Assembly: GCA_964503465.1 (NCBI GenBank)
Contig: CAZCYZ010000001.1
Span: forward strand, 405,898-469,897
DNA length: 64,000 nt
From: an uncultured Gammaproteobacteria bacterium
GTDB lineage: Bacteria; Patescibacteriota; Microgenomatia; UBA12405
Direction of reading: 5' to 3'
In this document: in pieces, positions 20,222 through 28,826 of the stretch
How positions within the stretch are numbered: position 1 is the stretch's first letter
How the letters are laid out: each line of letters opens with the position of its first letter
Notes under the pieces: generated by a model
Told to the model about the DNA's origin: nothing
Database searches by the model: none
Seen by the model: the letters and a program-made list of their open reading frames with translations, nothing else
Position numbers and translations under genes: made by a program

Positions 20222-21256
20222 ATGATACATTTGTTTCTGGGATTACTCCTTTTTTCATTTTTGATCACCAGTATATTAGTCATACCCTTTATCAATATCC
20301 TCTACAAACTTAAGTTTCAACGCCAAAAACAAAAAACCCTTGACTTCCTCAACCACAGAACACCTATCTTTGATAAATTCCATTCCCAAAAGTTTGGAAC
20401 GCCTGTCGGCGGAGGAGTACTAATCATCTGCAGTGTAGTCCTTCTCTACCTCTTCCTCTTCCCGATACTTCAACTTCTCCAAATTCACATCTCCGCCAAC
20501 TATCCAATTCAAAGAGAGCTAGAAATAATCTTTTTTACGTTTATCAGTTTTGGAGTACTCGGTCTGTACGATGATGCTAAAAAAACCTTTGGTCTCGATA
20601 AAAGTCAGTTTTTCGGACTGCGAATAATCCACAAACTCACCCTTCAACTAATACTAGCCACCATTATTTCCCTTCTCATCTACTTTCGCCTCAAAGTCAA
20701 TTTTATTTACCTACCGTTTATTGGCCCACTAACCGTTGGTCCATTTCTAATTCCAATCTATATCGTTTTCATTGTCTCATTTGCCAATTTCTTTAATATC
20801 ACTGATGGTCTCGATGGCCTGGCATCGGGATTACTGATGATATCTTTATTTGCCTTCTGGGTACTTTCGGCCAACTCGCTTGACACCCCAATTGCTCTGT
20901 TTCTGGCGCTTTGGCTTGGTAGTTTAATCGCCTTCCTATATTTCAATATTTTCCCTGCCAGAGTTTGGCTTGGAGACGTTGGGGCCTTATCGTTCGGTGC
21001 CACCTTTGCCGTTATCGCCCTTATTTTAGGTAAAATAATACCACTTATCATTGTTGGTGCTCCTTTTATTATCGAAGGGGGGAGCAGTGCCATTCAAATG
21101 TTTTCCAAAAGATTTTTGGGTAGTAAAATTTTTCCTGCTGCCCCACTTCACTTGTCGCTTCAACATGCTGGCTGGGAAGAGCCAAAAATTGTTTTCCGCG
21201 CCTGGCTAGCTGGAATTATTCTTGCTGTCTTTGGACTATGGTTAGGACTCAATTAA
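20222..21256 (+). CDS. mraY: Phospho-N-acetylmuramoyl-pentapeptide transferase
   Basis: GTPVGGG, LYDD, NITDGLDGLA, WLGDVG, APLH...GWEEPKIV. Confidence 0.95.
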   Translation: MIHLFLGLLLFSFLITSILVIPFINILYKLKFQRQKQKTLDFLNHRTPIFDKFHSQKFGTPVGGGVLIICSVVLLYLFLFPILQLLQIHISANYPIQRELEIIFFTFISFGVLGLYDDAKKTFGLDKSQFFGLRIIHKLTLQLILATIISLLIYFRLKVNFIYLPFIGPLTVGPFLIPIYIVFIVSFANFFNITDGLDGLASGLLMISLFAFWVLSANSLDTPIALFLALWLGSLIAFLYFNIFPARVWLGDVGALSFGATFAVIALILGKIIPLIIVGAPFIIEGGSSAIQMFSKRFLGSKIFPAAPLHLSLQHAGWEEPKIVFRAWLAGIILAVFGLWLGLN

Positions 21257-21954
21257 TCCAAGAACTTAAGAAGGAAATTTCTCACTATCTTGGTATTCCA
21301 TACTGGTGCAATGTTTGGAATAATTTAATCCTACAAAAAGAAGGGCCATACGGAGGCAAGGGGACTTATCAAGAAATCGAACAAGCTACTAAAAACGCTG
21401 CTGAAAAAGAAGGAATCGCTAACTACTCGGATTTAACTAATTCTCAGATATACAATCTACGCAAGCGCAACCATATTGGCATCGATTGCTCCGGCCTCTG
21501 TTACCACTTACTAAACAAACTCGACTGTCTAACTGGCGGCACTGGTATTCTCTATAAAGTTACCGGAGTAGATAAACCTTTTGGTGTTCTCGGGGTGAGA
21601 ACTGTTTCTGCTAATGAACTGACTCATCCTCAAAATGCCACCAAACTGACTAACTATCAAGGTATCAAACCAGGGGATCTAATCCGTCTCGATAATGGAA
21701 AACACGTCATTTTTATCATTGAAAAAATCAGAGGCACTATAAACTATGTCCACAGCAGTGACAGAACCAAAAGTAGGGGAGTACACCTCGGTACTATTTC
21801 CATAATTAATCCCAAAATGACTCTCGACCATCAAAAATGGTCAGACACTACCATCAACGGGCAACCCTATACCACCCTATTCAAACCTACCCAAGGAGAT
21901 GGTATCTTTCGTCCCAAATTTCTTACTTCTCTTCAATCAGTTCCTCATACTTGA
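21238..21954 (+). CDS. NlpC/P60-family cysteine peptidase
   Basis: YLGIPY, GIDCSGL, PGDLI..GKHV, VHSS catalytic pattern; no signal peptide is evident. Confidence 0.7.
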   Translation: MVRTQLIQELKKEISHYLGIPYWCNVWNNLILQKEGPYGGKGTYQEIEQATKNAAEKEGIANYSDLTNSQIYNLRKRNHIGIDCSGLCYHLLNKLDCLTGGTGILYKVTGVDKPFGVLGVRTVSANELTHPQNATKLTNYQGIKPGDLIRLDNGKHVIFIIEKIRGTINYVHSSDRTKSRGVHLGTISIINPKMTLDHQKWSDTTINGQPYTTLFKPTQGDGIFRPKFLTSLQSVPHT

Positions 21955-22087
21955 GTGGCACTAAGGATAGTATTTCTATCTCTGTCCCACACTCGCCGCA
22001 CTCCAAAATATCACCCACTGTCATTTTCAGAGTCCTCTTAATTTCAGTTTGACAGTCTGGACAAATTATCTTTTGATTATCAATCAT
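21923..22087 (-). CDS. LysW-like zinc-ribbon amino-group carrier protein (54 aa; not in the ORF track)
   Basis: Hand translation: MIDNQKIICPDCQTEIKRTLKMTVGDILECGECGTEIEILSLVPLKYEELIEEK*. It has the CPxC...GDILECxxCGTEIEI.S..P pattern of LysW and an acidic tail ending EEK instead of EDWGE. Confidence 0.8.
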   Translation of the reverse strand: MIDNQKIICPDCQTEIKRTLKMTVGDILECGECGTEIEILSLVPLKYEELIEEK

Positions 22088-22108
22088 TCTGGAATAAAAT
22101 ATAACCTA

Positions 22109-22891
22109 ATGACGCCTCTTGTCAAGATCGATAATTTTTATCTGAAACGCGAAGACCTCAACACAACCGGCTCTGTTAAAGACAGAGCTATTCAATCTCA
22201 GGTTCAAAACCTTACAAAACTTAAATACCACTCGGCCGTTATTTCTTCAACCGGCAACGCTGCCATTTCGGCTCAACACTTTTGCCAAATACACCATATC
22301 CCATTAGTGATTTTCGTTTCCCCCCATACTCATCCAAACAAACTTAAGTTACTATCAAATTTTCACATCTCCGACAAACCCATTAGTGATGCCATAAAAT
22401 ACGCCAAACTTTACCACGCTTATTTACTTCGACAGTCAACCGATCAAGTCGCCATCGACAGTTATGGCCAAATCGCCAATGAAATCATCGACCAACTGCC
22501 ATCAATTACCAGTATTTACTTCCCAGTTGGGAGTGGAGCTACCCTGGTTGGTGTCGGTCAAAAACTTTCCTCACACGTAAAAATTATAGCCACTCAATCT
22601 GCCTTTAATCCAACCATTACTAAAACTTACTGCCCAAGTATTCCATCAGAAAAAATCAATCTCACTGACGCTCTCACTGTTAGATATCTTCCTCTAAAAT
22701 CACGACTGACCAAACTCATTGCCCACGGTCTAACTGTTCCTAACTCTCAAATTACCACTACCCAAAAAAAATTAAACTCTCAGGGAGTTCACACTTCCAA
22801 TGAAGGTGCCATGGCTCTGGCCGCTTTCCTTCAGGACCCCAAACTCGGTGGAAAATATCCAGTTATTTTGTTCACAGGTACCAATCGATGA
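22109..22891 (+). CDS. PLP-dependent fold-type II enzyme (threonine synthase/cysteine synthase/dehydratase-racemase family)
   Basis: TPL..LKREDLNTTGSVKDRA (PLP lysine), SSTGNAA, PVGSGAT; start at ATG 22109. Confidence 0.8.
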   Translation: MTPLVKIDNFYLKREDLNTTGSVKDRAIQSQVQNLTKLKYHSAVISSTGNAAISAQHFCQIHHIPLVIFVSPHTHPNKLKLLSNFHISDKPISDAIKYAKLYHAYLLRQSTDQVAIDSYGQIANEIIDQLPSITSIYFPVGSGATLVGVGQKLSSHVKIIATQSAFNPTITKTYCPSIPSEKINLTDALTVRYLPLKSRLTKLIAHGLTVPNSQITTTQKKLNSQGVHTSNEGAMALAAFLQDPKLGGKYPVILFTGTNR

Positions 22892-23916
22892 ATATAGCTC
22901 AAATACTCAATGATTCACCCTACCAATTCTATTTTTTGGTTATCGACAAATTTCTTGACATTCAACCTCCAGATCTAACCCGATTCCAAACAATTACCTC
23001 ACCAAAATACAAAAACTCTGGTCAGTTACTATCGTCACCGGCCACAATTAACCTAATCAATCAACAATCAGCAAACTACCAAACCGCTGTTATCCCATTC
23101 AAACCATCTGCTAAAACCAATTTAGTCTGCCAGAAACATCACTGGGTCTACGTTGGTAATTCCACTGCTATTAGTCGAATCCTCGAAGACAAAATTAAGT
23201 TTTATCAGCTATGTCAAACCAATCATCTCCCACTAGTCCCTTCAAACATCACTACTCTAACTCCAAAAACTTTTAAACCAAATTATATAATTCAAACTCG
23301 CTTTGGCTGGGCTGGTAAATGTACCTTCAGTTTTTCAAATTACCAAGAAGCTATCCGTAAAATTCCCACCAACACTCCGATTAAAATTAGCCCATTTATT
23401 GATGGATATACCCTCACCAACAACAGTTGCTTAACTCGCTTTGGTTTAATCCAAAGCCCCCCCGCTTTGCAATACACCGGCCTAAAGCCCTATACCACTA
23501 ATCCATTTGCCACCGTTGGCCGCCAATGGCCATGCCTCTCACCCCCAAATATCCAAGAACAGATCAAAAACATTACCCAAAAATTTTCAGACGGAGTCCT
23601 CAAACCACTTAAGTACCGCGGGTTTTTTGGGCTTGATTTTCTAGTTAACCACAACAATGTTTACCTTCTTGAGTGTAATCCTCGACTAACCGCCTCTTTT
23701 GCCTTTTACACCAAACTAGAAATCACTGCTGGATTAAATCCACTCTTTTATCTCCATCTAGCCGAATTCACCAACTTAGACTACCATCTTGACATTAACC
23801 AAGAACAACATCGTTTCTACTTGCCCATCACCGGCTCAGAACTTACTCCCAAAGACCCCAATGGCCGAATCACTGACCAAATTCACTACTCTTATCCCCT
23901 CGTAAAATCACCATGA
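22888..23916 (+). CDS. ATP-grasp ligase
   Basis: LEDKIKF, FGWAGKCT, PFIDG, GFFGLDFLV..YLLECNPR; ATGA-coupled to both the PLP gene and ftsW. Confidence 0.8.
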   Translation: MNIAQILNDSPYQFYFLVIDKFLDIQPPDLTRFQTITSPKYKNSGQLLSSPATINLINQQSANYQTAVIPFKPSAKTNLVCQKHHWVYVGNSTAISRILEDKIKFYQLCQTNHLPLVPSNITTLTPKTFKPNYIIQTRFGWAGKCTFSFSNYQEAIRKIPTNTPIKISPFIDGYTLTNNSCLTRFGLIQSPPALQYTGLKPYTTNPFATVGRQWPCLSPPNIQEQIKNITQKFSDGVLKPLKYRGFFGLDFLVNHNNVYLLECNPRLTASFAFYTKLEITAGLNPLFYLHLAEFTNLDYHLDINQEQHRFYLPITGSELTPKDPNGRITDQIHYSYPLVKSP

Positions 23917-24986
23917 AAAAACACCTTACTACCATTATCACTTTTACTTTGATTTCTATAGGCTTAATATTCATTACCATTTCTTCTCAGTCCGAAGCTA
24001 GCAATCTTTTTAATGACCAACTTCATTTTATAAAACGACAAATATTCTGGGTAGTCATTGGCACCCTTTTATATATCTTTTTTTCAAACCTCCACATCAA
24101 ACGATACCAGAAATACATCCCTAGCTTGTACCTTCTTTCCGTTGGCGCTCTTATTTTGGTTCTACTTCCACCTTTAAGTCAAAAAATTTTAGGGGCTCGC
24201 CGTTGGCTCGAGATCGGTGACGTCACTATTCAACCATCTGAAATCTTCAAGCTCAGTTCGATTCTTTTTTTCTCCCAACTATTTTCTCAAAGTCAATATC
24301 GTAATCTAAAAACGTTTCTCATCTATCTCGTTCCGCCACTACTGCTTATTATTCTTCAGCCCAACCTTAGTACTGCCATTATTACTGTCCTTATCATTAC
24401 ATCACTTTATTACCTTTCTGGCGCTGAAATAGTTCCACTATTTCTTCTTAGTTTTCTCATTACCACTGTCAGTTTTATCCTTATTATTACTTCGGGCTAC
24501 CGGTTAACTCGTCTTCAAGCTCTACTTAATCAAACCCCCATTACTTCGTACCACTCCAACCAAATCACTCTTGCCATCTCTTCTGGTGGCATTTTTGGTA
24601 AAGGTTTAGCCAACTCTGAACAAAAATATCGCTATCTACCAAAAATTCCCACTGATTCGATACTTGCCATTATCGGCGAAGAAACCGGCTTCCTCGGAAT
24701 CACTGTTATTATTTGCCTTTATCTTTACCTTATTATTCACATCTTTACTTTCACCTACCGGCTTACCAATCAATTTGACATACTTCTAGCAACCGGCGTC
24801 GGTTGTTGGTTAGCCTATCAAAGCCTAGTTAACATCTCTAGTCTGGCAACTCTTATTCCCTTAACCGGAATCCCCTTACCGCTCATATCCTACGGCGGTT
24901 CCTCGGTTACTTCTATTTTGGCAGCATTAGGTATTTTTCACAACCTTGAACAACACCAATCATCAAAATATGAACAAACAAAATAA
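23913..24986 (+). CDS. ftsW: SEDS peptidoglycan polymerase FtsW
   Basis: GARRW, QPSEIFK, TDSILAIIGEE, PLTGIPLPLISYGGSS; lies upstream of murG. Confidence 0.9.
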   Translation: MKKHLTTIITFTLISIGLIFITISSQSEASNLFNDQLHFIKRQIFWVVIGTLLYIFFSNLHIKRYQKYIPSLYLLSVGALILVLLPPLSQKILGARRWLEIGDVTIQPSEIFKLSSILFFSQLFSQSQYRNLKTFLIYLVPPLLLIILQPNLSTAIITVLIITSLYYLSGAEIVPLFLLSFLITTVSFILIITSGYRLTRLQALLNQTPITSYHSNQITLAISSGGIFGKGLANSEQKYRYLPKIPTDSILAIIGEETGFLGITVIICLYLYLIIHIFTFTYRLTNQFDILLATGVGCWLAYQSLVNISSLATLIPLTGIPLPLISYGGSSVTSILAALGIFHNLEQHQSSKYEQTK

Positions 24987-26022
24987 AACCATTATTATCA
25001 CTGGAACCCACCACACTCCAGCCCACGAACTCATTCACCAACTCCAGCACGATTCCAAAACAAACTGGCACATCTACTACATCAGCCACCAGTATCCTAC
25101 TGAAACCCACCTCGCCAATTCCATTATCCCCCAAATCGGGAAGGGGAACTTTTTCTCTATAGACTGTGGTAAATTCTATCGTCAATCCTATTTCAAAACC
25201 ATACTAGGCCTTCACCGAATTGTTCTTGCTTTTTTTAAATCAGTTTTATTAATACATCACATCAAACCAAATATTGTCGTTTCCTTCGGCGGTTATGTCT
25301 CTGTTCCAGTTGTTATGGCATCATATCTTCACCATATTCCTAGTATCACCCACGAACAGACAACCACCATGAGTTTATCAACTAAGATTAACTCCATCTT
25401 CTCAACCAGAGTCGCTCTGTCCTTTGATCCGCCTCATTTACACCGTAAACATATTCTTACTGGCAACCTACTTCGGTCGGCAATTTTCCAAACTAATAAC
25501 ACCAAATTCAACAAAACAATCATTCCGTTTATCTACGTTACTGGTGGCAATCAAGGATCACTTTTTATCAATCAAATAATCTATCAATTATTACCCAAAC
25601 TTTGCCAACGCTTTACTATTATCCACCAAACAGGCAACAAGCCAACAAAACAATTTTCTAGTCACAAATATATCCAACAAAACTATATCGACACCGACGA
25701 CATTGGATTCATTCTTCAACAAAGCCAACTTCTTATCAGCCGCAGCGGTGCCAACATCTGCCAAGAAATCGTTACTTTTAAGAAAAAATCGATTCTAATT
25801 CCCTTGCCACTATCTCAACAAAACGAACAACTTCTTAATGCTCAATGGGTCCAACGCCAGTTACCTCAACAAACCATTATCCTCGATCAATCAAAAACAA
25901 CCCCAAAAGACATTATTATTGCCATCAACAAGTTGTCCCAAATACCCACCAATCCTCAAACTAAACCAACAATTACTAATTTAAAATTACTAAATCTCAT
26001 ACATGAACTGGTTAAAACTTAG
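24970..26022 (+). CDS. murG: Lipid II GlcNAc transferase
   Basis: SFGGYVSVP, HEQ, TGN, TGGNQGS, SRSGAN, EQLLNA. The N-terminal G-loop is degenerate (TGTHHTPA). Confidence 0.9.
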   Translation: MNKQNKTIIITGTHHTPAHELIHQLQHDSKTNWHIYYISHQYPTETHLANSIIPQIGKGNFFSIDCGKFYRQSYFKTILGLHRIVLAFFKSVLLIHHIKPNIVVSFGGYVSVPVVMASYLHHIPSITHEQTTTMSLSTKINSIFSTRVALSFDPPHLHRKHILTGNLLRSAIFQTNNTKFNKTIIPFIYVTGGNQGSLFINQIIYQLLPKLCQRFTIIHQTGNKPTKQFSSHKYIQQNYIDTDDIGFILQQSQLLISRSGANICQEIVTFKKKSILIPLPLSQQNEQLLNAQWVQRQLPQQTIILDQSKTTPKDIIIAINKLSQIPTNPQTKPTITNLKLLNLIHELVKT

Positions 26023-26332
26023 CCTACTTATCCCTTTCCTCAATCCACTCTCCCCTGAAAACCAATTTCAGACACGCCTTATTCATGCGCTATCACTCGC
26101 CAATATCAAATACAACCAGTTAAATTTTCGTGAATTCCAAAATGAAGTTGAGTTTCAGTTAGTCGAACCAGGCCAAACTCCAACCACAATTATCCTTTCC
26201 ACCCAAAAAAATCCATATTGGCAGATCAGTGCTTTACAACAAGTTCAAAAAACCAGTAGAATTAGACATAAGATTATTCGTCTTGTCAACCTTAGCTTAA
26301 ATCATCCCTATGCCACACTCGAAGATAATTAG
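26003..26332 (+). CDS. Small protein in the ftsQ position (possible minimal FtsQ)
   Basis: Lies between murG and ftsA; the C-terminal IRLVNLSLNHPY resembles the FtsQ C-terminal beta-strand. Confidence 0.4.
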   Translation: MNWLKLSLLIPFLNPLSPENQFQTRLIHALSLANIKYNQLNFREFQNEVEFQLVEPGQTPTTIILSTQKNPYWQISALQQVQKTSRIRHKIIRLVNLSLNHPYATLEDN

Positions 26333-27560
26333 CGGTATCGATATTGGCACCTCCAAAATCACCACCATTATCGGACAACATCACCAGACTGAAGATCATC
26401 TAAATGTCATTGCCGTTTCTTCAACGCCAACAACAGGTTTCCGTAAAGGTCAAATTATTGACCTCGAAGAGGCCTCACATACCCTAACAGACAGTATTGA
26501 ATCAGCCGAAAGAATGGCTGGTTTTCAAATCAAAGAAGCCTCAATTACTATTACTGCCCCACACATCGAGTCAATTAACTCAAATGGCATTGTCGCCATT
26601 AGTAACCCCAATGGAGAAATATCACCCGACGACATCAATCGAGTCATTGAAGCTTCCAAGGCAGTTACCATGCCGGCAGATAAGGAAATTATTCACATCA
26701 TTCCACGTATTTATACGGTCGACGGCCAAGAAGGTATAATTGACCCTATCGGCATGAGCGGTGTTCGCCTAGAACTTCAATCCCACCTTGTCTTGGCCTC
26801 CACAGCCGCCCTAAAAAATCTCCGTAAATGTCTTGACGAAGTCGGTATAAATATCACCGAGCTAATTTATTCCGGTCTGGCCACTGCCGAAAGCACACTT
26901 ACTCCCACCGAAAAAGAGCTCGGTGTCGCCCTGGTTGACATTGGTGGTAATGCTACCAGCATTACTATTTATCTTGAAAACTCACCTGCTTTTTCTACTG
27001 TCATTCCTATTGGGGCCAATAATATCACCAACGACCTCGCTATCGGACTCAGACTACCTCTCGAAGATACAGAAAAAATAAAACTAAAACTTGGCAAAAT
27101 AGCCGAAAACAAGAAATTTGAAGATGAAATTGCCTTAACTGATCTAGGTTTAACCGACACCAGCAACAAAAAAATATCGTTCCAAACTGCGGTCAACGGT
27201 ATTCTCAAGCCACGCCTAGAAGAAATCTTTCAATTAATAAACCATCAAATTGTCCACAGTGGCTTCTCAAGCTCCATTCCTGCCGGAATTGTTCTCACTG
27301 GGGGTGGTTCACTCACCCTAACCGCCAAAGATATCTGTGCTCAGACAATTCCACTTCCACAACGAATTGCTTACCCTCCGAAAATCACCGGAGTCGTTGA
27401 TGACATTATTAACCCTGCCTACACCACCGCCATCGGCTTAATCCTCTATCAACTCAAACATGGCTCCCCCAATGATAGTTCTTCCAACAAAAAAAACAAA
27501 ATATCCGTTAATAGCTTATTTGGTAAGGTCAAGTCTTTACTCGAACCATTGCTCCCCTAA
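26310..27560 (+). CDS. ftsA: Cell division protein FtsA
   Basis: GIDIGTSKI, DPIGMSGVRLE, VDIGG, GIVLTGGGS. Confidence 0.95.
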   Translation: MPHSKIISGIDIGTSKITTIIGQHHQTEDHLNVIAVSSTPTTGFRKGQIIDLEEASHTLTDSIESAERMAGFQIKEASITITAPHIESINSNGIVAISNPNGEISPDDINRVIEASKAVTMPADKEIIHIIPRIYTVDGQEGIIDPIGMSGVRLELQSHLVLASTAALKNLRKCLDEVGINITELIYSGLATAESTLTPTEKELGVALVDIGGNATSITIYLENSPAFSTVIPIGANNITNDLAIGLRLPLEDTEKIKLKLGKIAENKKFEDEIALTDLGLTDTSNKKISFQTAVNGILKPRLEEIFQLINHQIVHSGFSSSIPAGIVLTGGGSLTLTAKDICAQTIPLPQRIAYPPKITGVVDDIINPAYTTAIGLILYQLKHGSPNDSSSNKKNKISVNSLFGKVKSLLEPLLP

Positions 27561-27563
27561 TCT

Positions 27564-28688
27564 ATGGGACTAATCAAAACACTCAGCGGTCAGTTTGCCA
27601 AGATCAAAGTCATAGGAATCGGAGGTGGTGGCAACAACGCCATCAATTCAATGGTTCTAGATGATAACTTTCATGGAGTCGACTTCGTCGCCGTTAACAC
27701 CGATTCTCAAGCCCTTCTGAACTCGCAGGCTCCGATAAAAATTCAAATTGGTGAACAACTTACCAAAGGCCTTGGAGCTGGAGGTAATCCTCAAATTGGT
27801 GAAGACGCCGCCAATGAATCAAAAGACAAAATTAAAGAAATACTTGAAAATACCGACATGGTTTTTATCACTGGAGGTATGGGTGGTGGTACCTGCACCG
27901 GTGCCGCTCCTATTATTGCCAAAATCGCCAAAGAAGAATTGGGAATTTTAACGGTAGCAGTTGTCACAAAGCCATTCCTTTTCGAAGGCACTCGCCGAAT
28001 GAGTAATGCCATTGAAGGTATCAACCGACTCAAAAACAGTGTCGACACCCTGATCGTCATCCCCAACCAAAAAGTTATGGAGGTAATCAACAACCAGGCA
28101 ACCCTTAAGGAGGCCTTTAAGATTGCTGACTCTGTCCTTCAAAAGGGAACTCAAGCCATCGCCGACATTATCACTACTCCAGGACTAATTAATCTTGATT
28201 TTGCGGACATCAAATCCATCATGAGCAATGCTGGCACAGCCTTAATGGGAGTTGGCGAGGCCGAAGGTGATAATCGGGCTCAAAGTGCCATCGAAGCCGC
28301 TATTAATTCACCACTAGTAGAAGTCAATATCAACGGCGCCCGAGGTGTGCTCATTAATGTTACAGGTGGGCCCGACCTCACCATGTCCGAGGTCGAAGAG
28401 TCGGCCCAAATCATTACCAAACGAGTTGCCCCCGATGCCAACATTATCTTCGGTACTAACATTGACGATAACTATAAGAATAAGATAAAGATCACCATTA
28501 TTGCCACAGGGTTTGATAGTTTTACTCCAACGAGCACCACCAACACTCCAACCACCACTCCTCCATCATCTGAAAAAACCCTTACCCAAGACGAAGTTGA
28601 CAAGTACCTTAACGGCCAAACTATTCCCACCGGTATCAACATTGTTGACGAGTTCGACATTCCCGCCTTTCTTCGCAAAAATCAATAA
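27564..28688 (+). CDS. ftsZ: Cell division protein FtsZ
   Basis: GIGGGGNNA, GMGGGTCTG (Cys in the tubulin signature), NLDFAD, C-terminal DIPAFLRK. Confidence 0.98.
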   Translation: MGLIKTLSGQFAKIKVIGIGGGGNNAINSMVLDDNFHGVDFVAVNTDSQALLNSQAPIKIQIGEQLTKGLGAGGNPQIGEDAANESKDKIKEILENTDMVFITGGMGGGTCTGAAPIIAKIAKEELGILTVAVVTKPFLFEGTRRMSNAIEGINRLKNSVDTLIVIPNQKVMEVINNQATLKEAFKIADSVLQKGTQAIADIITTPGLINLDFADIKSIMSNAGTALMGVGEAEGDNRAQSAIEAAINSPLVEVNINGARGVLINVTGGPDLTMSEVEESAQIITKRVAPDANIIFGTNIDDNYKNKIKITIIATGFDSFTPTSTTNTPTTTPPSSEKTLTQDEVDKYLNGQTIPTGINIVDEFDIPAFLRKNQ

Positions 28689-28691
28689 ATT

Positions 28692-28700
28692 TGTTATAAT
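28692..28700 (+). promoter_or_regulatory. Extended -10 promoter element (TGTTATAAT)
   Basis: TGnTATAAT immediately after the ftsZ stop, 9 nt before the leader ATG. Confidence 0.5.
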
Positions 28701-28709
28701 TCCAACACA

Positions 28710-28739
28710 ATGGTCTTTTGTCTCAACATTATTATCTAG
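28710..28739 (+). CDS. Putative ileS attenuator leader peptide MVFCLNIII
   Basis: ATG GTC TTT TGT CTC AAC ATT ATT ATC TAG: three consecutive Ile codons upstream of a terminator and ileS. Confidence 0.6.
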   Translation: MVFCLNIII

Positions 28740-28773
28740 CTGCGGATCCCGATGGGGGAGTCCCGTAGCAATC

Positions 28774-28803
28774 AAAATCCCGCACAAGCGGGATTTTTTA
28801 TTT
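28774..28803 (+). terminator. Rho-independent terminator between ftsZ and ileS
   Basis: AAAATCCCGC-ACAA-GCGGGATTTT followed by TTATTT. Confidence 0.85.
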
Positions 28804-28826
28804 AAAAAAAATATATAATCAATCTT

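Noticed and set aside
21837-22108. Plus-strand 71-aa ORF and the TTG extension of the PLP enzyme
   Set aside because: Both overlap the much more convincing LysW-like gene on the minus strand.
28689-28826. T-box riboswitch upstream of ileS
   Set aside because: The region is too short and has no T-box consensus (AAGGTGGTACCGCG-like); a leader-peptide model fits better.
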